From: Gemmatimonadota bacterium
GTDB lineage: Bacteria; Gemmatimonadota; Gemmatimonadetes; Gemmatimonadales; Gemmatimonadaceae
DNA: 44,331 nucleotides
Reading direction: 5' to 3'
Assembly: GCA_043754875.1 (NCBI GenBank)
Contig: JAYUTY010000166.1
Span: 1-44,331, forward strand
Positions 15,970 through 25,275 of the stretch are shown one piece after another (the stretch's first letter is position 1; each line of letters starts with the position of its first letter). The position numbers were made by a program, and so were the translations under genes. The notes beneath the pieces are model-generated. The model searched no databases and was not told where the DNA came from. It saw only the letters and a program-made list of their open reading frames with translations.

Positions 15970-16440
15970 GTGACTTCCTCCTCCGGCATGACAGCTTTCC
16001 TGCGCGTTCGACTCGGCGGTGGCATCGTCGGGATCCCGGCTATCGCGGTGCAGGAGATCGTGCGTGCGGTAGCGATCTCGGCGCTCCCAGGCGCCCCGCC
16101 CATCATCGAAGGCGCCGTGAACGTGCGGGGTCGAATTGTTCCCGTCGTCGACCTGCGCCGGCGCCTCGCCCTCCCTGCGCGTACACTGGATCCCGACGAG
16201 TTCCTCGTCGTGCTTGGAATCGGTGACCGCCACATCGCGCTGCGCGTGGATGACGTGGACGACGTGGTGGAGGTGCCGGACGACTCCGTGGAGAGCTCGG
16301 AGTCGCTCTCGCCGGCGCTTCGAGGACTGGCTGGAATCAGCGCGCGAGCGGACGGTGTGCTGGTGATTCATGATCCGGCGGCGTTCATCAGTCAGGCCGA
16401 AACGGAACAACTCGACGCCGCGCTGGCGGCATGCAGCTGA
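15970..16440 (+). CDS. cheW: CheW-like coupling protein
   Basis: FLRVRLGGGIVGIPAIAVQEIVRAVAISALPGAPPIIEGAVNVRGRIVPVVDLRRRL. An alternative start is ATG 15988. Confidence 0.85.
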   Translation: MTSSSGMTAFLRVRLGGGIVGIPAIAVQEIVRAVAISALPGAPPIIEGAVNVRGRIVPVVDLRRRLALPARTLDPDEFLVVLGIGDRHIALRVDDVDDVVEVPDDSVESSESLSPALRGLAGISARADGVLVIHDPAAFISQAETEQLDAALAACS

Positions 16441-18041
16441 TGGCCGCGCGTCCGCGCCCGGCCGCCAAGCGTACCGGCGGGTGGAGCGACCCGGCGTTCG
16501 CTCGCGTCGCGGCGGTCGTGTACGCTGTGGCGGGCCTCGTGTTTCCGCCCAATCGCCAACCGTCGGCCGAGGCGGGGATGCGCCGAGCCATGACGTCGCT
16601 GCGCATCGCGGATCCGGACCTGCTGGCCACGATGGTTGGCGCGCCCGGCGAGGCCCGCGACGCGCTCCTCGCGGAGCTGACGGTCGGAGAGACCTACTTC
16701 TTTCGCGAAGCAGCGCAGCTGGACCTGCTTCGCACCGACGTGCTGCCGTCGCTGCTCGCCGCTCGTTCAGCCGTTGCGCCACTGCGCCTGTGGAGTGCGG
16801 GATGCGCCTCGGGCGAGGAGCCGTACACGCTGGCGATCCTCCTTCGCGAGCTCGGCTGGCCCCACCCGGCCGAGATCCTGGGCACGGACGTCTCCTCTCC
16901 ACGTCTCGCGTCGGCCCGGCGGGGACGGTACACCCGCTGGTCGCTTCGTGGCGTGTCTGCTCAGCGGGTGGAGCGGTGGTTCCACCCGGTGGGCACGCAG
17001 TTTCAGCTCGACCCTGCCATTCGCGCGTCGGTCCGCTTCGCGCCACTCAACCTGATGTCGACGGAATATCCATCGATGGAGAGTGGCACGGCGAACCAGG
17101 ATGTCGTACTGTGCCGGAACGTGCTCATCTACTTCGACATGCCGTCCGTGGCGCTGATCGCGAGCCGTCTTCTCGCAGCGCTCGCCCCGGATGGGTGGCT
17201 GTTGCTCGGCGCCTCCGACCCGCCGCTCGCGGAGTTGGTTCCGTGCGAGGTCGTGATGACGCCGGCGGGCATCGCGTATCGGCGCGACGATCGCGACCCC
17301 GGCCCTGGGGCGCGCCTGCGCAACGCGTCGGCCGTGCGAACACCAACGCCCGCTGACGCGAGCGCGGCGATCCCGCCAGCATTCACTCCATCGGCGACCA
17401 ACTCCAGGCGCGTGCCTGACACTTCGTCGCGCGCAGCAGGCGGCCTGGAAGCAGCGACGAGCGAGCCCATCTCTCGTGGCGCCGTTGATGATGACCGTCG
17501 TGTCGTGGAGTCGGCGGCACCTGCCACGACAGCTGACGATGCCGACCCACGCACACGCTACATGGCCGGCGACTATGCCCGTGCAGAGGCTCTCTCGCGG
17601 TCGTTCGTCGAGAGCGACGCAGGTGACGTGCGCGCCTGGGTGATCCTCGTGCGCGCGCTCGCCAATCAGGGGCGGCTACGCGAGGCGGACGAGCAGTGCA
17701 CCCGTGCACTCGATCACCACCGCGGCGGCGCCGAGCTGCACTATCTGCATGCGATGCTGCTCAGTGCGGCAGGACAATATCGTGAATCGGCGAAGGCGGC
17801 CCGACGCGCGATCTATCTCGATCCCCGCTTCGTGATGGCCCATCTGCAGATGGGCGATGCGCTCGCACGGCTCGACGACACGGAGCGTGCTGTTCTGGCG
17901 TTCGAGAATGCGACGCAGCTGCTCGCCGACATGACCAACCATGAGTCCATCGAAGGTTCAGACGGCGTGAGTGCGTCAAGACTCCGACAGGTCGCCGAGC
18001 TGCGGCTGGGCGACCTGCGCGGCGCGCGGCGTGGCCGATGA
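16431..18041 (+). CDS. cheR: CheR-type methyltransferase with C-terminal TPR domain (WspC-like)
   Basis: ETYFFRE...LRLWSAGCASGEEPYTLAILL...ILGTDVSSPRLASARRGRY...VLCRNVLIYFD. The C-terminal roughly 170 aa are TPR-like. Overlaps the cheW stop. Confidence 0.88.
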   Translation: MQLMAARPRPAAKRTGGWSDPAFARVAAVVYAVAGLVFPPNRQPSAEAGMRRAMTSLRIADPDLLATMVGAPGEARDALLAELTVGETYFFREAAQLDLLRTDVLPSLLAARSAVAPLRLWSAGCASGEEPYTLAILLRELGWPHPAEILGTDVSSPRLASARRGRYTRWSLRGVSAQRVERWFHPVGTQFQLDPAIRASVRFAPLNLMSTEYPSMESGTANQDVVLCRNVLIYFDMPSVALIASRLLAALAPDGWLLLGASDPPLAELVPCEVVMTPAGIAYRRDDRDPGPGARLRNASAVRTPTPADASAAIPPAFTPSATNSRRVPDTSSRAAGGLEAATSEPISRGAVDDDRRVVESAAPATTADDADPRTRYMAGDYARAEALSRSFVESDAGDVRAWVILVRALANQGRLREADEQCTRALDHHRGGAELHYLHAMLLSAAGQYRESAKAARRAIYLDPRFVMAHLQMGDALARLDDTERAVLAFENATQLLADMTNHESIEGSDGVSASRLRQVAELRLGDLRGARRGR

Positions 18042-18604
18042 TGACGCCCGAGCCGACCCTTCAGGAGCGTCTCGACACGGTGCGCGCTGCAGTCGTGCGG
18101 GCCGCGGACCGGTCACCAGAGGCAGCGCGGGCACTGCTGGAGTCGAGAGCGCGGCAGCTCGCACGACCCACCGTGTCGGAGGACCTGGAGAGCGACGACA
18201 CGATCGACGTCCTCCACTTTCAGGTTGGTGACGAGCAGCTTGCGATGCCGATGGCGAGCATCGTGGCGCTCGCGCGACCATCGGTCGTCACTCCACTTCC
18301 GCGGGCTGTGAGCCCGGTATACGGAGTAACCGCCTGGCGTGGCCGCCCGCTCACCGTGCTCTGGCTCGGTGCTGGTCGTCCGACGATCACCGAGCAGACG
18401 CGATTGCTCGTGCTCGGCTCCGGCGCGCGCGCCGCGCTTGCCGTCGTGGTGGACGCTGTGCACGATGCCAGTCGGACCTCGCGCGTGGCGCTGTCCCCAG
18501 CCGCCGCAGGGCCACGGCGGGCGTACGCGCTCGGTATCACCGCCGCTGGACTGCTCGTCGTGGACGGGGACGCGCTGCTCGACCCCGACGCGCTCGCACC
18601 ATGA
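18038..18604 (+). CDS. cheW: second CheW-like coupling protein
   Basis: DVLHFQVGDEQLAMPMASIVALARPSVVTPLPRAVSPVYGVTAWRGRPLTVLWL. ATGA overlap with cheR. Confidence 0.8.
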   Translation: MMTPEPTLQERLDTVRAAVVRAADRSPEAARALLESRARQLARPTVSEDLESDDTIDVLHFQVGDEQLAMPMASIVALARPSVVTPLPRAVSPVYGVTAWRGRPLTVLWLGAGRPTITEQTRLLVLGSGARAALAVVVDAVHDASRTSRVALSPAAAGPRRAYALGITAAGLLVVDGDALLDPDALAP

Positions 18605-18632
18605 ACTTCACTCTCGACTGCATGAGGAATCG

Positions 18633-20096
18633 ATGACCTGGACAATCGGCCGGCGCATCGCCGGCGCCATCGCGATCGAGCTGGTGCTCCTGCTCGTGGT
18701 GGCTGCCGTCGGTGTCGGCGCGCTCACGAGCGCCTCCACCGCGTACGAGCGCGCGCTCAACGTCAGGCGAACGCAGGTTGCGCCGGCCAATCGCGCCGAG
18801 TCGGAGGTGCGAGGTGCCTACGGCGAGCAGCTCCGCTATCTCGTGCTCGGCGACCTTCGCTTCGTGCGCTCTCGGGACAGTCTCACAGCGATAGCGCAGT
18901 CGCTCGTCGCCGGGCTTCGCGACACCTCCTCGTCATCGGCGGACAGCCTGCGCTGGACCATTGCAGACGGACTCATGCGCCGGTGGAGCGCGGCCATGAC
19001 CAGCTCCGGGGCCGCGCAGCAGTCGGGCAATACCGCCGAAGCGATGCGTATCCGTGCGTCGAGCGTCGAGCCGCTGCGCGCGGAGCTGGATTCGATCATC
19101 CGCGTCGGCGTCATCGTCGCCCAGCGAAACGGAGATCGGCTCGCGGCAAGCGGCGCCTCCACGGCGAACGCGGCGCGCTGGACGATCATGGTGGGAGCGT
19201 TGCTCTCCCTGATTGGTGGAGCGCTCGTCGGCTGGCTGGTCAGCCGCTCGATCAACCGACCGCTCCAGGAAACCGCCAACGTCATCGCGTCGAGCAGTGC
19301 GCAGATCCTGGCTGCCACGACGGAGCAGGCCGCCGGTACCAATGAGTCCATGGCGGCCGTGACGGAGACAGTCGCGACGGTGGACGAGGTCGCGCAGACG
19401 GCCACACAGTCCACCGAGCGCGCGCGAAACGTGGCCGACGCGGCGCAGCGCGCCGCATTGGGTGGACGCGCTGGCCAGAAGGCGGTGGACGCGTCCGTGG
19501 CCGCAATGCAGCTGGTCCATACGCAGGTCGAGACGATGGCGCGAGGCATCATCTCGCTGGCCGAGCAGGCGCAGGCCATCGGTGAGATCACGACGGCGGT
19601 CAGCGATATCGCTGAGCAGACGAAGCTGCTCGCGCTCAACGCGGCTGTGGAGAGCACGCGCGCCGGTGAGCATGGGCGAGGGTTCGCGCTCGTCGCCGCG
19701 GAGATCAAGGCGCTCGCGGGAGAGGCCAAGGAATCGACGACGCAGGTGCGCCGGCTGCTCGGCGAGATCCAGCGCTCGACGAGCGCGGCGGTGATGGCCA
19801 CCGAGCAGGGCACGAAGCAGACGGCCGCGGCCGTGCGACAGGTTGGGCAGGCGGGCGAGATCATCGGCGAGCTCGCCGGCGTGATCGAGGAGTCCGCGCA
19901 GGCGGCCGCCCAGATCGTTGCGTCGGCCGGCCAACAGGCGCTCGGCATGGAGCAGATCCGCCAGGCCATCGCCAACATTCACGATGCGACGCAGCAGAAC
20001 CTGACGGCCACGCGCCAGTCGGAGAGTGCGGCGCAGGAGCTCTCGTCGCTCGGAGCTCGGCTCGTCGGCATGGTCGGCACCCGGGAGCACGCCTGA
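18633..20096 (+). CDS. methyl-accepting chemotaxis protein (2 TM, periplasmic sensor, HAMP, signalling domain)
   Basis: TM1 IAGAIAIELVLLLVVAAVGVGAL; TM2 WTIMVGALLSLIGGALVGWLV. Hairpin tip EQTKLLALNAAVESTRAGEHGRGFALVAAEIKALA. ATG at 18633 follows GAGGAA. Confidence 0.9.
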   Translation: MTWTIGRRIAGAIAIELVLLLVVAAVGVGALTSASTAYERALNVRRTQVAPANRAESEVRGAYGEQLRYLVLGDLRFVRSRDSLTAIAQSLVAGLRDTSSSSADSLRWTIADGLMRRWSAAMTSSGAAQQSGNTAEAMRIRASSVEPLRAELDSIIRVGVIVAQRNGDRLAASGASTANAARWTIMVGALLSLIGGALVGWLVSRSINRPLQETANVIASSSAQILAATTEQAAGTNESMAAVTETVATVDEVAQTATQSTERARNVADAAQRAALGGRAGQKAVDASVAAMQLVHTQVETMARGIISLAEQAQAIGEITTAVSDIAEQTKLLALNAAVESTRAGEHGRGFALVAAEIKALAGEAKESTTQVRRLLGEIQRSTSAAVMATEQGTKQTAAAVRQVGQAGEIIGELAGVIEESAQAAAQIVASAGQQALGMEQIRQAIANIHDATQQNLTATRQSESAAQELSSLGARLVGMVGTREHA

Positions 20097-20144
20097 TGCA
20101 CCCAGTGCTGGTCGGCGGCTTGTCGGGAGCGAGACAGAAGGCGA

Positions 20145-22412
20145 ATGGCTGACGACGCACTCGGGGCGCGCCTGCTCTCGATCTTCGTCGAGGAGCTCGG
20201 CGAACAGGTGCAGGAGCTCAATGAGCACCTGCTCGCGCTGGAGCGTGCACCAGGCGACGCGGCGAGCCTTGGAGGTGCCTTCCGCGTGATGCACACACTC
20301 AAGGGCGCGTCGCGCGCGGCGGGTGTGCTCGAGGTGGAGACGCTCTGCCATCTGCTCGAGTCCGACCTCGCGCGGGCTCGCGACTCGGCGAGCCCGCTCG
20401 GCGGAGCGGCGCTCGCCCTTCTCTTCGCCGCCGCTGACGCACTCGCCGATGCGCGCGAGCGCCTGGCTCGGGGCACGGCGCTCGCCGGCGGGCCCATCGA
20501 GGCAGTGCTCCAGCAGGGTCGGTGGCGCGGCGAGCCTCTGCGCTCGACTGGCTCCGCTTCACGCGCCACACCGGTCTCGACGCCCGAGCAGAATCGGTCT
20601 CCGAGCGTGGCGACGCGGATCGCTGCCGCGCCCAGCAATGCGCCAGCCAATCCTGCAGCCGTAGCGGCGACACCGTTGGTCGAGAAGCCCGCACCGGGCG
20701 AGCCAACCGCTCCGGCCCGGCCTGCGCTGGAGCAGAATCGCGACGAGCTGGTACGCGTCGGCATGCATCACGTCGACGCGATCTCCAACGCGGCGGGTGA
20801 GGTCATCGGCCTTGCCGCAGTGCTCGGCGAGCGGGCCGACGACCTTGCCGCGATGCGGCAGCGCGTCCGTGAGCAGCGACTCCGACCGGAGTATCGCGAC
20901 GATCCGACTCTCGCGCAGGTGGAGCGCGAGATGACGCGGCTGCTGCGCCGCGCCGGAGACGACGCGCGCACGCTCGATTCCGTGTCCGGTCGACTGAGCG
21001 CCACGGCGCGGCGGCTGCGTCAGCGGTCACTGCGTGAGCTGATGGAGACGCTGCCCCGCATCGTCCGGAACACGGCGCACGACGTGGGGAAGGACGTGCA
21101 CTTCGTCGTCACTGGGGAAGAGATCGAAGCAGACCGCATCGTCGTCGAGGCGCTGCGCGAGCCGCTGCTGCACCTCGTGCGGAACGCGGTCGACCACGGA
21201 ATCGAGACGGCGGCCGAGCGACTCGCCGCCGGCAAGCCGGAGCAGGGGACCATCCGAGTGGACATCACGTTGCGCGGCGACCGGCTTCGACTCGCGGTTG
21301 CCGATGATGGCCGAGGGCTTGACCTGAACGCGATCCGCCGCGCCCTCCAGCAGCGCGGTCGCACGGCGCCGAGCGATCCCGCGTCGCTCCGCCGGACGAT
21401 CTTCGAGGAAGGGCTGTCGACGCGTGAGCACGCCACGACGCTCTCCGGACGCGGCGTCGGGCTCGGCATCGTGCGGGTCGCTGTGGAACGTGTGGGCGGC
21501 ACGGTGGACGTGAGCTCGATCGCGGGGCAGGGGACCACCTTCCTGCTCGAGGTCCCGCTCAGCATCGCCACACTCCGCGCGATCACGGTCCAGGTGGGTG
21601 ATACCATTTTCGGCATTCCGAGTGCCTTCGTCCGTCGTGTCGACCGGGTGAACGCCGCGCGCATCGCCCGTGTCGACGGGCGCTCGATGCTGACGACCGG
21701 CGGAGCACCCACGCCAGTCACGACGCTCGCCGCACTGCTCGGCCCGCCGTTCACCGAGCCGCCGCTGGACGACGCGATGCAGATCGTCACCGTTGAGATC
21801 GGCGGCCGCACGCTCGGACTGGTGGTCGACGACCTGCGCGACGAGCGCGAGCTGGTCCTGCGGCCGCTCGAGCACGCTGGGGTGGCCGCATCGGCAGTAA
21901 CCGTCGGCACCGCACTCCTCGGCAACGGTGACGTGGTGCTCGTGCTCGGCGTGGCGGCACTGATCTCGGAGGGAGCGTCGGGTGTGGGACTCGCCATGCC
22001 AACGAGCGAGCCGGAACGCCTCGCCCCGCACCGCGTGCTCGTGGTGGACGATTCCATGACGTCCCGCGCGCTGGAGCAGAGCGTGCTCGCCGCCGCTGGC
22101 TATGACGTCGTGACTGCAGTGGATGGACTCGAAGGGTGGCGCGTGATCGAGCGTGGAGGCATCGCGCTCGTCGTCAGCGACGTCGAGATGCCGCATCTCG
22201 ACGGAATCGGCTTGTGCGAGCGCATCCGCGCGTCGAGCGCGTGGTCGTCGCTTCCGGTCATCCTCGTCACCTCGCTCGACAAGCCCGCCGAGCGGGCACG
22301 CGGTCTCGAGGCCGGTGCGGACGCGTACGTCGCCAAGTCCGGCTTCGATCAGGAAATGCTGCTCGACACGGTGCGGCAGCTGCTCGGCCAGCCGCAAAAG
22401 GTGACCGCATGA
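20145..22412 (+). CDS. cheA: CheA histidine kinase fused to a C-terminal receiver (WspE-like)
   Basis: Hpt FRVMHTLKGASRAAG; HLVRNAVDHGIE; DDGRGLD; GRGVGLGIV; GQGTTF. An internal CheW-like domain is followed by REC VLVVDDSMTSR...SDVEMPHLDG...AKSGF. Confidence 0.92.
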   Translation: MADDALGARLLSIFVEELGEQVQELNEHLLALERAPGDAASLGGAFRVMHTLKGASRAAGVLEVETLCHLLESDLARARDSASPLGGAALALLFAAADALADARERLARGTALAGGPIEAVLQQGRWRGEPLRSTGSASRATPVSTPEQNRSPSVATRIAAAPSNAPANPAAVAATPLVEKPAPGEPTAPARPALEQNRDELVRVGMHHVDAISNAAGEVIGLAAVLGERADDLAAMRQRVREQRLRPEYRDDPTLAQVEREMTRLLRRAGDDARTLDSVSGRLSATARRLRQRSLRELMETLPRIVRNTAHDVGKDVHFVVTGEEIEADRIVVEALREPLLHLVRNAVDHGIETAAERLAAGKPEQGTIRVDITLRGDRLRLAVADDGRGLDLNAIRRALQQRGRTAPSDPASLRRTIFEEGLSTREHATTLSGRGVGLGIVRVAVERVGGTVDVSSIAGQGTTFLLEVPLSIATLRAITVQVGDTIFGIPSAFVRRVDRVNAARIARVDGRSMLTTGGAPTPVTTLAALLGPPFTEPPLDDAMQIVTVEIGGRTLGLVVDDLRDERELVLRPLEHAGVAASAVTVGTALLGNGDVVLVLGVAALISEGASGVGLAMPTSEPERLAPHRVLVVDDSMTSRALEQSVLAAAGYDVVTAVDGLEGWRVIERGGIALVVSDVEMPHLDGIGLCERIRASSAWSSLPVILVTSLDKPAERARGLEAGADAYVAKSGFDQEMLLDTVRQLLGQPQKVTA

Positions 22413-23491
22413 TTCGCGTGCTCGTGGCTGAGGATTCGCCGACTGCGCGCGCCCTCCTGGTGAGCCTGCTCTCGAGCGAGGCGGACATCAGGGTGGTCGG
22501 CGAGGCGCGGACCGGCACTGAGGCCGTGGAGATGGCAATGCGACTTGCCCCGGACCTGATCACGATGGACGTGCAGATGCCCGAGCTCGACGGCATCCAG
22601 GCGACGCGCGAGATCATGACGCGCTCGCCGCGACCGATCCTCGTGGTCTCGTCGGCGGCGTCAGGCGACGTCGAGATGTCGCTCGACGCCACGCGGTCCG
22701 GCGCGCTGATGGTGATCGCGAAGCCGCAGGGAGTCCACTCGCCGGCGTACGAGAGCGATCGGCGTCAGCTCATCAGCATGGTCCGCGCGCTCGCCAGTGT
22801 GAAGGTCGTGCGGCGCCACGGCGTTACGGGAACACCTTCCTCGTCGGCGCAGCCGATCACCTCGACGCGAGCGGCCATGCGTCGCATGGTGTCCTCCGCG
22901 TCGCCGCTGAGAACCGCCGCCCCTGAGGTGGTCGCCATCGCCGCCTCCACGGGCGGGCCAGCCGCGTTGCGTACCATCCTTTCTCGTCTGCCTCGACACT
23001 TCCCGCTTCCGATCCTCGTGGTGCAGCACATCGCGCGCGGCTTCGCGGCTGGCCTCGCACACTGGCTCTCTGGCGACGCCGCGCTGCGGGTAAAGCTCGC
23101 GGACCTCAACGAGCCGGCGCTCGCGGGCACGGTCTACATCGCGCCTGATGACCGGCACCTCGGCGTTCGTCGCGATCAGTACGGGGAGCTGCGCATCCAG
23201 CTCGACAACGCGCCGCTGGTAGGAAGCTTCAGGCCCTCCGCCACGTACCTGTTCCGGTCGTGCGCCGAGGTGGCGGGAGGCGGCGTCGTCGCGCTCATCC
23301 TCACCGGCATGGGTGACGATGGCGTGGAAGGGTTGCGCGACGTGCACAGGGCCAGCGGACGCGTCCTCGCGCAGGACGAGGCAACGTCGGTGATCTACGG
23401 CATGCCGCGCGAGGCGCATCGCGCCGGCGTGGTGGATCAGGTCATCGCCCTCGATGACATCGCGCGCCGCCTCACGGAGCTCGCTTCATGA
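22409..23491 (+). CDS. cheB: CheB response-regulator methylesterase
   Basis: MIRVLVAEDSPTARALL...TMDVQMPELDG, then the catalytic domain VVAIAASTGGPAAL...LTGMGDDGVEGL. ATGA overlap with cheA. Confidence 0.92.
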   Translation: MIRVLVAEDSPTARALLVSLLSSEADIRVVGEARTGTEAVEMAMRLAPDLITMDVQMPELDGIQATREIMTRSPRPILVVSSAASGDVEMSLDATRSGALMVIAKPQGVHSPAYESDRRQLISMVRALASVKVVRRHGVTGTPSSSAQPITSTRAAMRRMVSSASPLRTAAPEVVAIAASTGGPAALRTILSRLPRHFPLPILVVQHIARGFAAGLAHWLSGDAALRVKLADLNEPALAGTVYIAPDDRHLGVRRDQYGELRIQLDNAPLVGSFRPSATYLFRSCAEVAGGGVVALILTGMGDDGVEGLRDVHRASGRVLAQDEATSVIYGMPREAHRAGVVDQVIALDDIARRLTELAS

Positions 23492-25275
23492 CGACCCCAT
23501 TCGGGAACGAGACTCCCCAGATCGCCCCGTCACGCGTGCTCGTCGTCGAGGACAGCGCGACACAGGCCGCGGCGCTCGCGCTTCAGCTCGAGGACGCGGG
23601 CTTCGAGACGGTCGTGGCACGGCGCGCCGACCGCGCACTCGAGCTGCTCGAGCGCGAGCGGATCGACCTCGTGCTCAGTGACGTCGTGATGCCCGTGATG
23701 GACGGCTACGAGCTCTGTCGTCGCATCAAGGCGCGGCCGGGGTGGGAGCGGCTCCCGGTGGTGCTCCTCACCAGTCTCACCGATCCGCTCGCCATCGTGC
23801 GCGGGCTCGCGTCGGGTGCCGATCACTACGTGACCAAGCCGTACGAGATCGGTGGGCTCCTCTCACGCGTGCGCTTCGTGCTCGAGCGGGCCGGCGATCC
23901 GCAACGGATCTTTCCAGCACCGGTGGACGTCGAGCTGCTCGGCACCACCTTCACGATTCGTGCGACCAAGGAGCAGATCCTCGAGCTGCTCGTGTCGAGC
24001 TACTCCGACCTTGTTCGCACAAGCGAGGTGGTGCGCGAGGCCGAGCAACGAGCCCGCTTTCTGGCCGAGGCCACCGAGCTCCTGTCGTCGACCCTCGACG
24101 CCCACCACGTCCTCTCCGACCTCGCGCGCCTCTCGGTGCCGCAGATCGCCGATCTCTGCGCCACGGACCTGATCGGCACGGACGACCTGCGTCAGCGCGT
24201 CGCGCTGCATCATGGGATCCCCGGCGTCGGTGAGATCTCCGCGCCCGAGAGCGCGGCACATTCCGCGTTCCTCGACGAAGTGGCCACTCGAATGGAGCCC
24301 CGCCTCGTCTCGATTCCCGACGACGCAGCGCTCCAATCCCTGATCGCCGACCCGGAGCTGCTCGCCGCGCTCGGCGGCCGAGGTCCGCAGGAGCTGATCG
24401 CCGTGCCGCTCGTCGCGCGCGGGCGAGTGCTGGGGATAATGCAGTTCGTCACGCTCACGTCGCGTCGCGCCTCGCGCCCGGACGACATGCCGCTGATCCT
24501 GGATCTCGCCCGGCGAGCCGCGCTTGCGGTGGACAATGCCCTCCTCTACGAGCAGGCGCAGCGAGCCACGCGCGCGCGCGACGACGTGCTCGCCATCGTC
24601 TCCCACGACCTGCGCAATCCGATCAACACGATCCAGATGAGCACCTCGTTCCTGCTCGACGTGCTCGCCGATCCGGACGCGAAGAATGTCCCCATCATCC
24701 CGCAGCTCGAGGTCATGAAGCGTGCGACGCGCCGGGCGAACGCACTGATCCAGGACCTCCTCGATGTGTCACGCATCGATGCCGGAACGCTCGCCGTCGC
24801 GACGACGGCCATCGATGCATCGCTGCTGATTCGCGACGCCGTGCAGGAGCTCGAGCCACTGGTGCACGCGAAGAAGCTCACGTTCGAGCACGCGTGGGAA
24901 GGCCCCGACCTGCTCGTCGCTGCCGACCGGAGCCGCGTGGGTCAGCTCTTCTCCAACCTCGTGGGCAACGCGATCAAGTTCACGCGCGAGGGTGGCACGA
25001 TCCGCATCGAGGGCCGCCAGCGCGGCAACGCCGCCGAGTTCGACGTCGTCGACACCGGCGCCGGAATTCCGACCGACCACCTGCCCCACCTCTTCGACCG
25101 ATTCTGGCAGGCGAGCAAGACGTCACGCACGGGCGCTGGTCTCGGCCTCTTCATCGTCAAGGGACTCGTCGAGGCGCACGGCGGGACGATCCTCGTCGAG
25201 AGTGTCGTCGACCAGGGGACACGATTCCGCTTCACCCTGCCGAGCGCCGTCAAGCGCGAGCGTCCGGCCGGATAG
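23488..25275 (+). CDS. REC-GAF-HisKA-HATPase hybrid kinase, terminal gene of the che operon
   Basis: RVLVVEDSATQ...SDVVMPVMDGYELCRRIK...YVTKPYE. A central GAF-like segment ends VPLVARGRVLGIMQFV. H-box SHDLRNPINTI; FSNLVGNAIKFT; VVDTGAGI; GAGLGLFIVKGLV. ATGA overlap with cheB. Confidence 0.88.
   Translation: MTTPFGNETPQIAPSRVLVVEDSATQAAALALQLEDAGFETVVARRADRALELLERERIDLVLSDVVMPVMDGYELCRRIKARPGWERLPVVLLTSLTDPLAIVRGLASGADHYVTKPYEIGGLLSRVRFVLERAGDPQRIFPAPVDVELLGTTFTIRATKEQILELLVSSYSDLVRTSEVVREAEQRARFLAEATELLSSTLDAHHVLSDLARLSVPQIADLCATDLIGTDDLRQRVALHHGIPGVGEISAPESAAHSAFLDEVATRMEPRLVSIPDDAALQSLIADPELLAALGGRGPQELIAVPLVARGRVLGIMQFVTLTSRRASRPDDMPLILDLARRAALAVDNALLYEQAQRATRARDDVLAIVSHDLRNPINTIQMSTSFLLDVLADPDAKNVPIIPQLEVMKRATRRANALIQDLLDVSRIDAGTLAVATTAIDASLLIRDAVQELEPLVHAKKLTFEHAWEGPDLLVAADRSRVGQLFSNLVGNAIKFTREGGTIRIEGRQRGNAAEFDVVDTGAGIPTDHLPHLFDRFWQASKTSRTGAGLGLFIVKGLVEAHGGTILVESVVDQGTRFRFTLPSAVKRERPAG

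Noticed and set aside
14977-17046. Very long antisense ORFs, for example 14977-17046(-), 14717-15967(-), 33211-36162(-), 38497-40299(-), 42039-43691(-), 18933-20351(-), 1910-3451(-), 30659-32953(-) and 21027-22397(-).
   Set aside because: Their products are Arg/Ala/Pro/Gly-rich and low-complexity with no motifs. They lie opposite genes with clear domain signatures and GC3 bias. These are typical shadow ORFs of GC-rich DNA.
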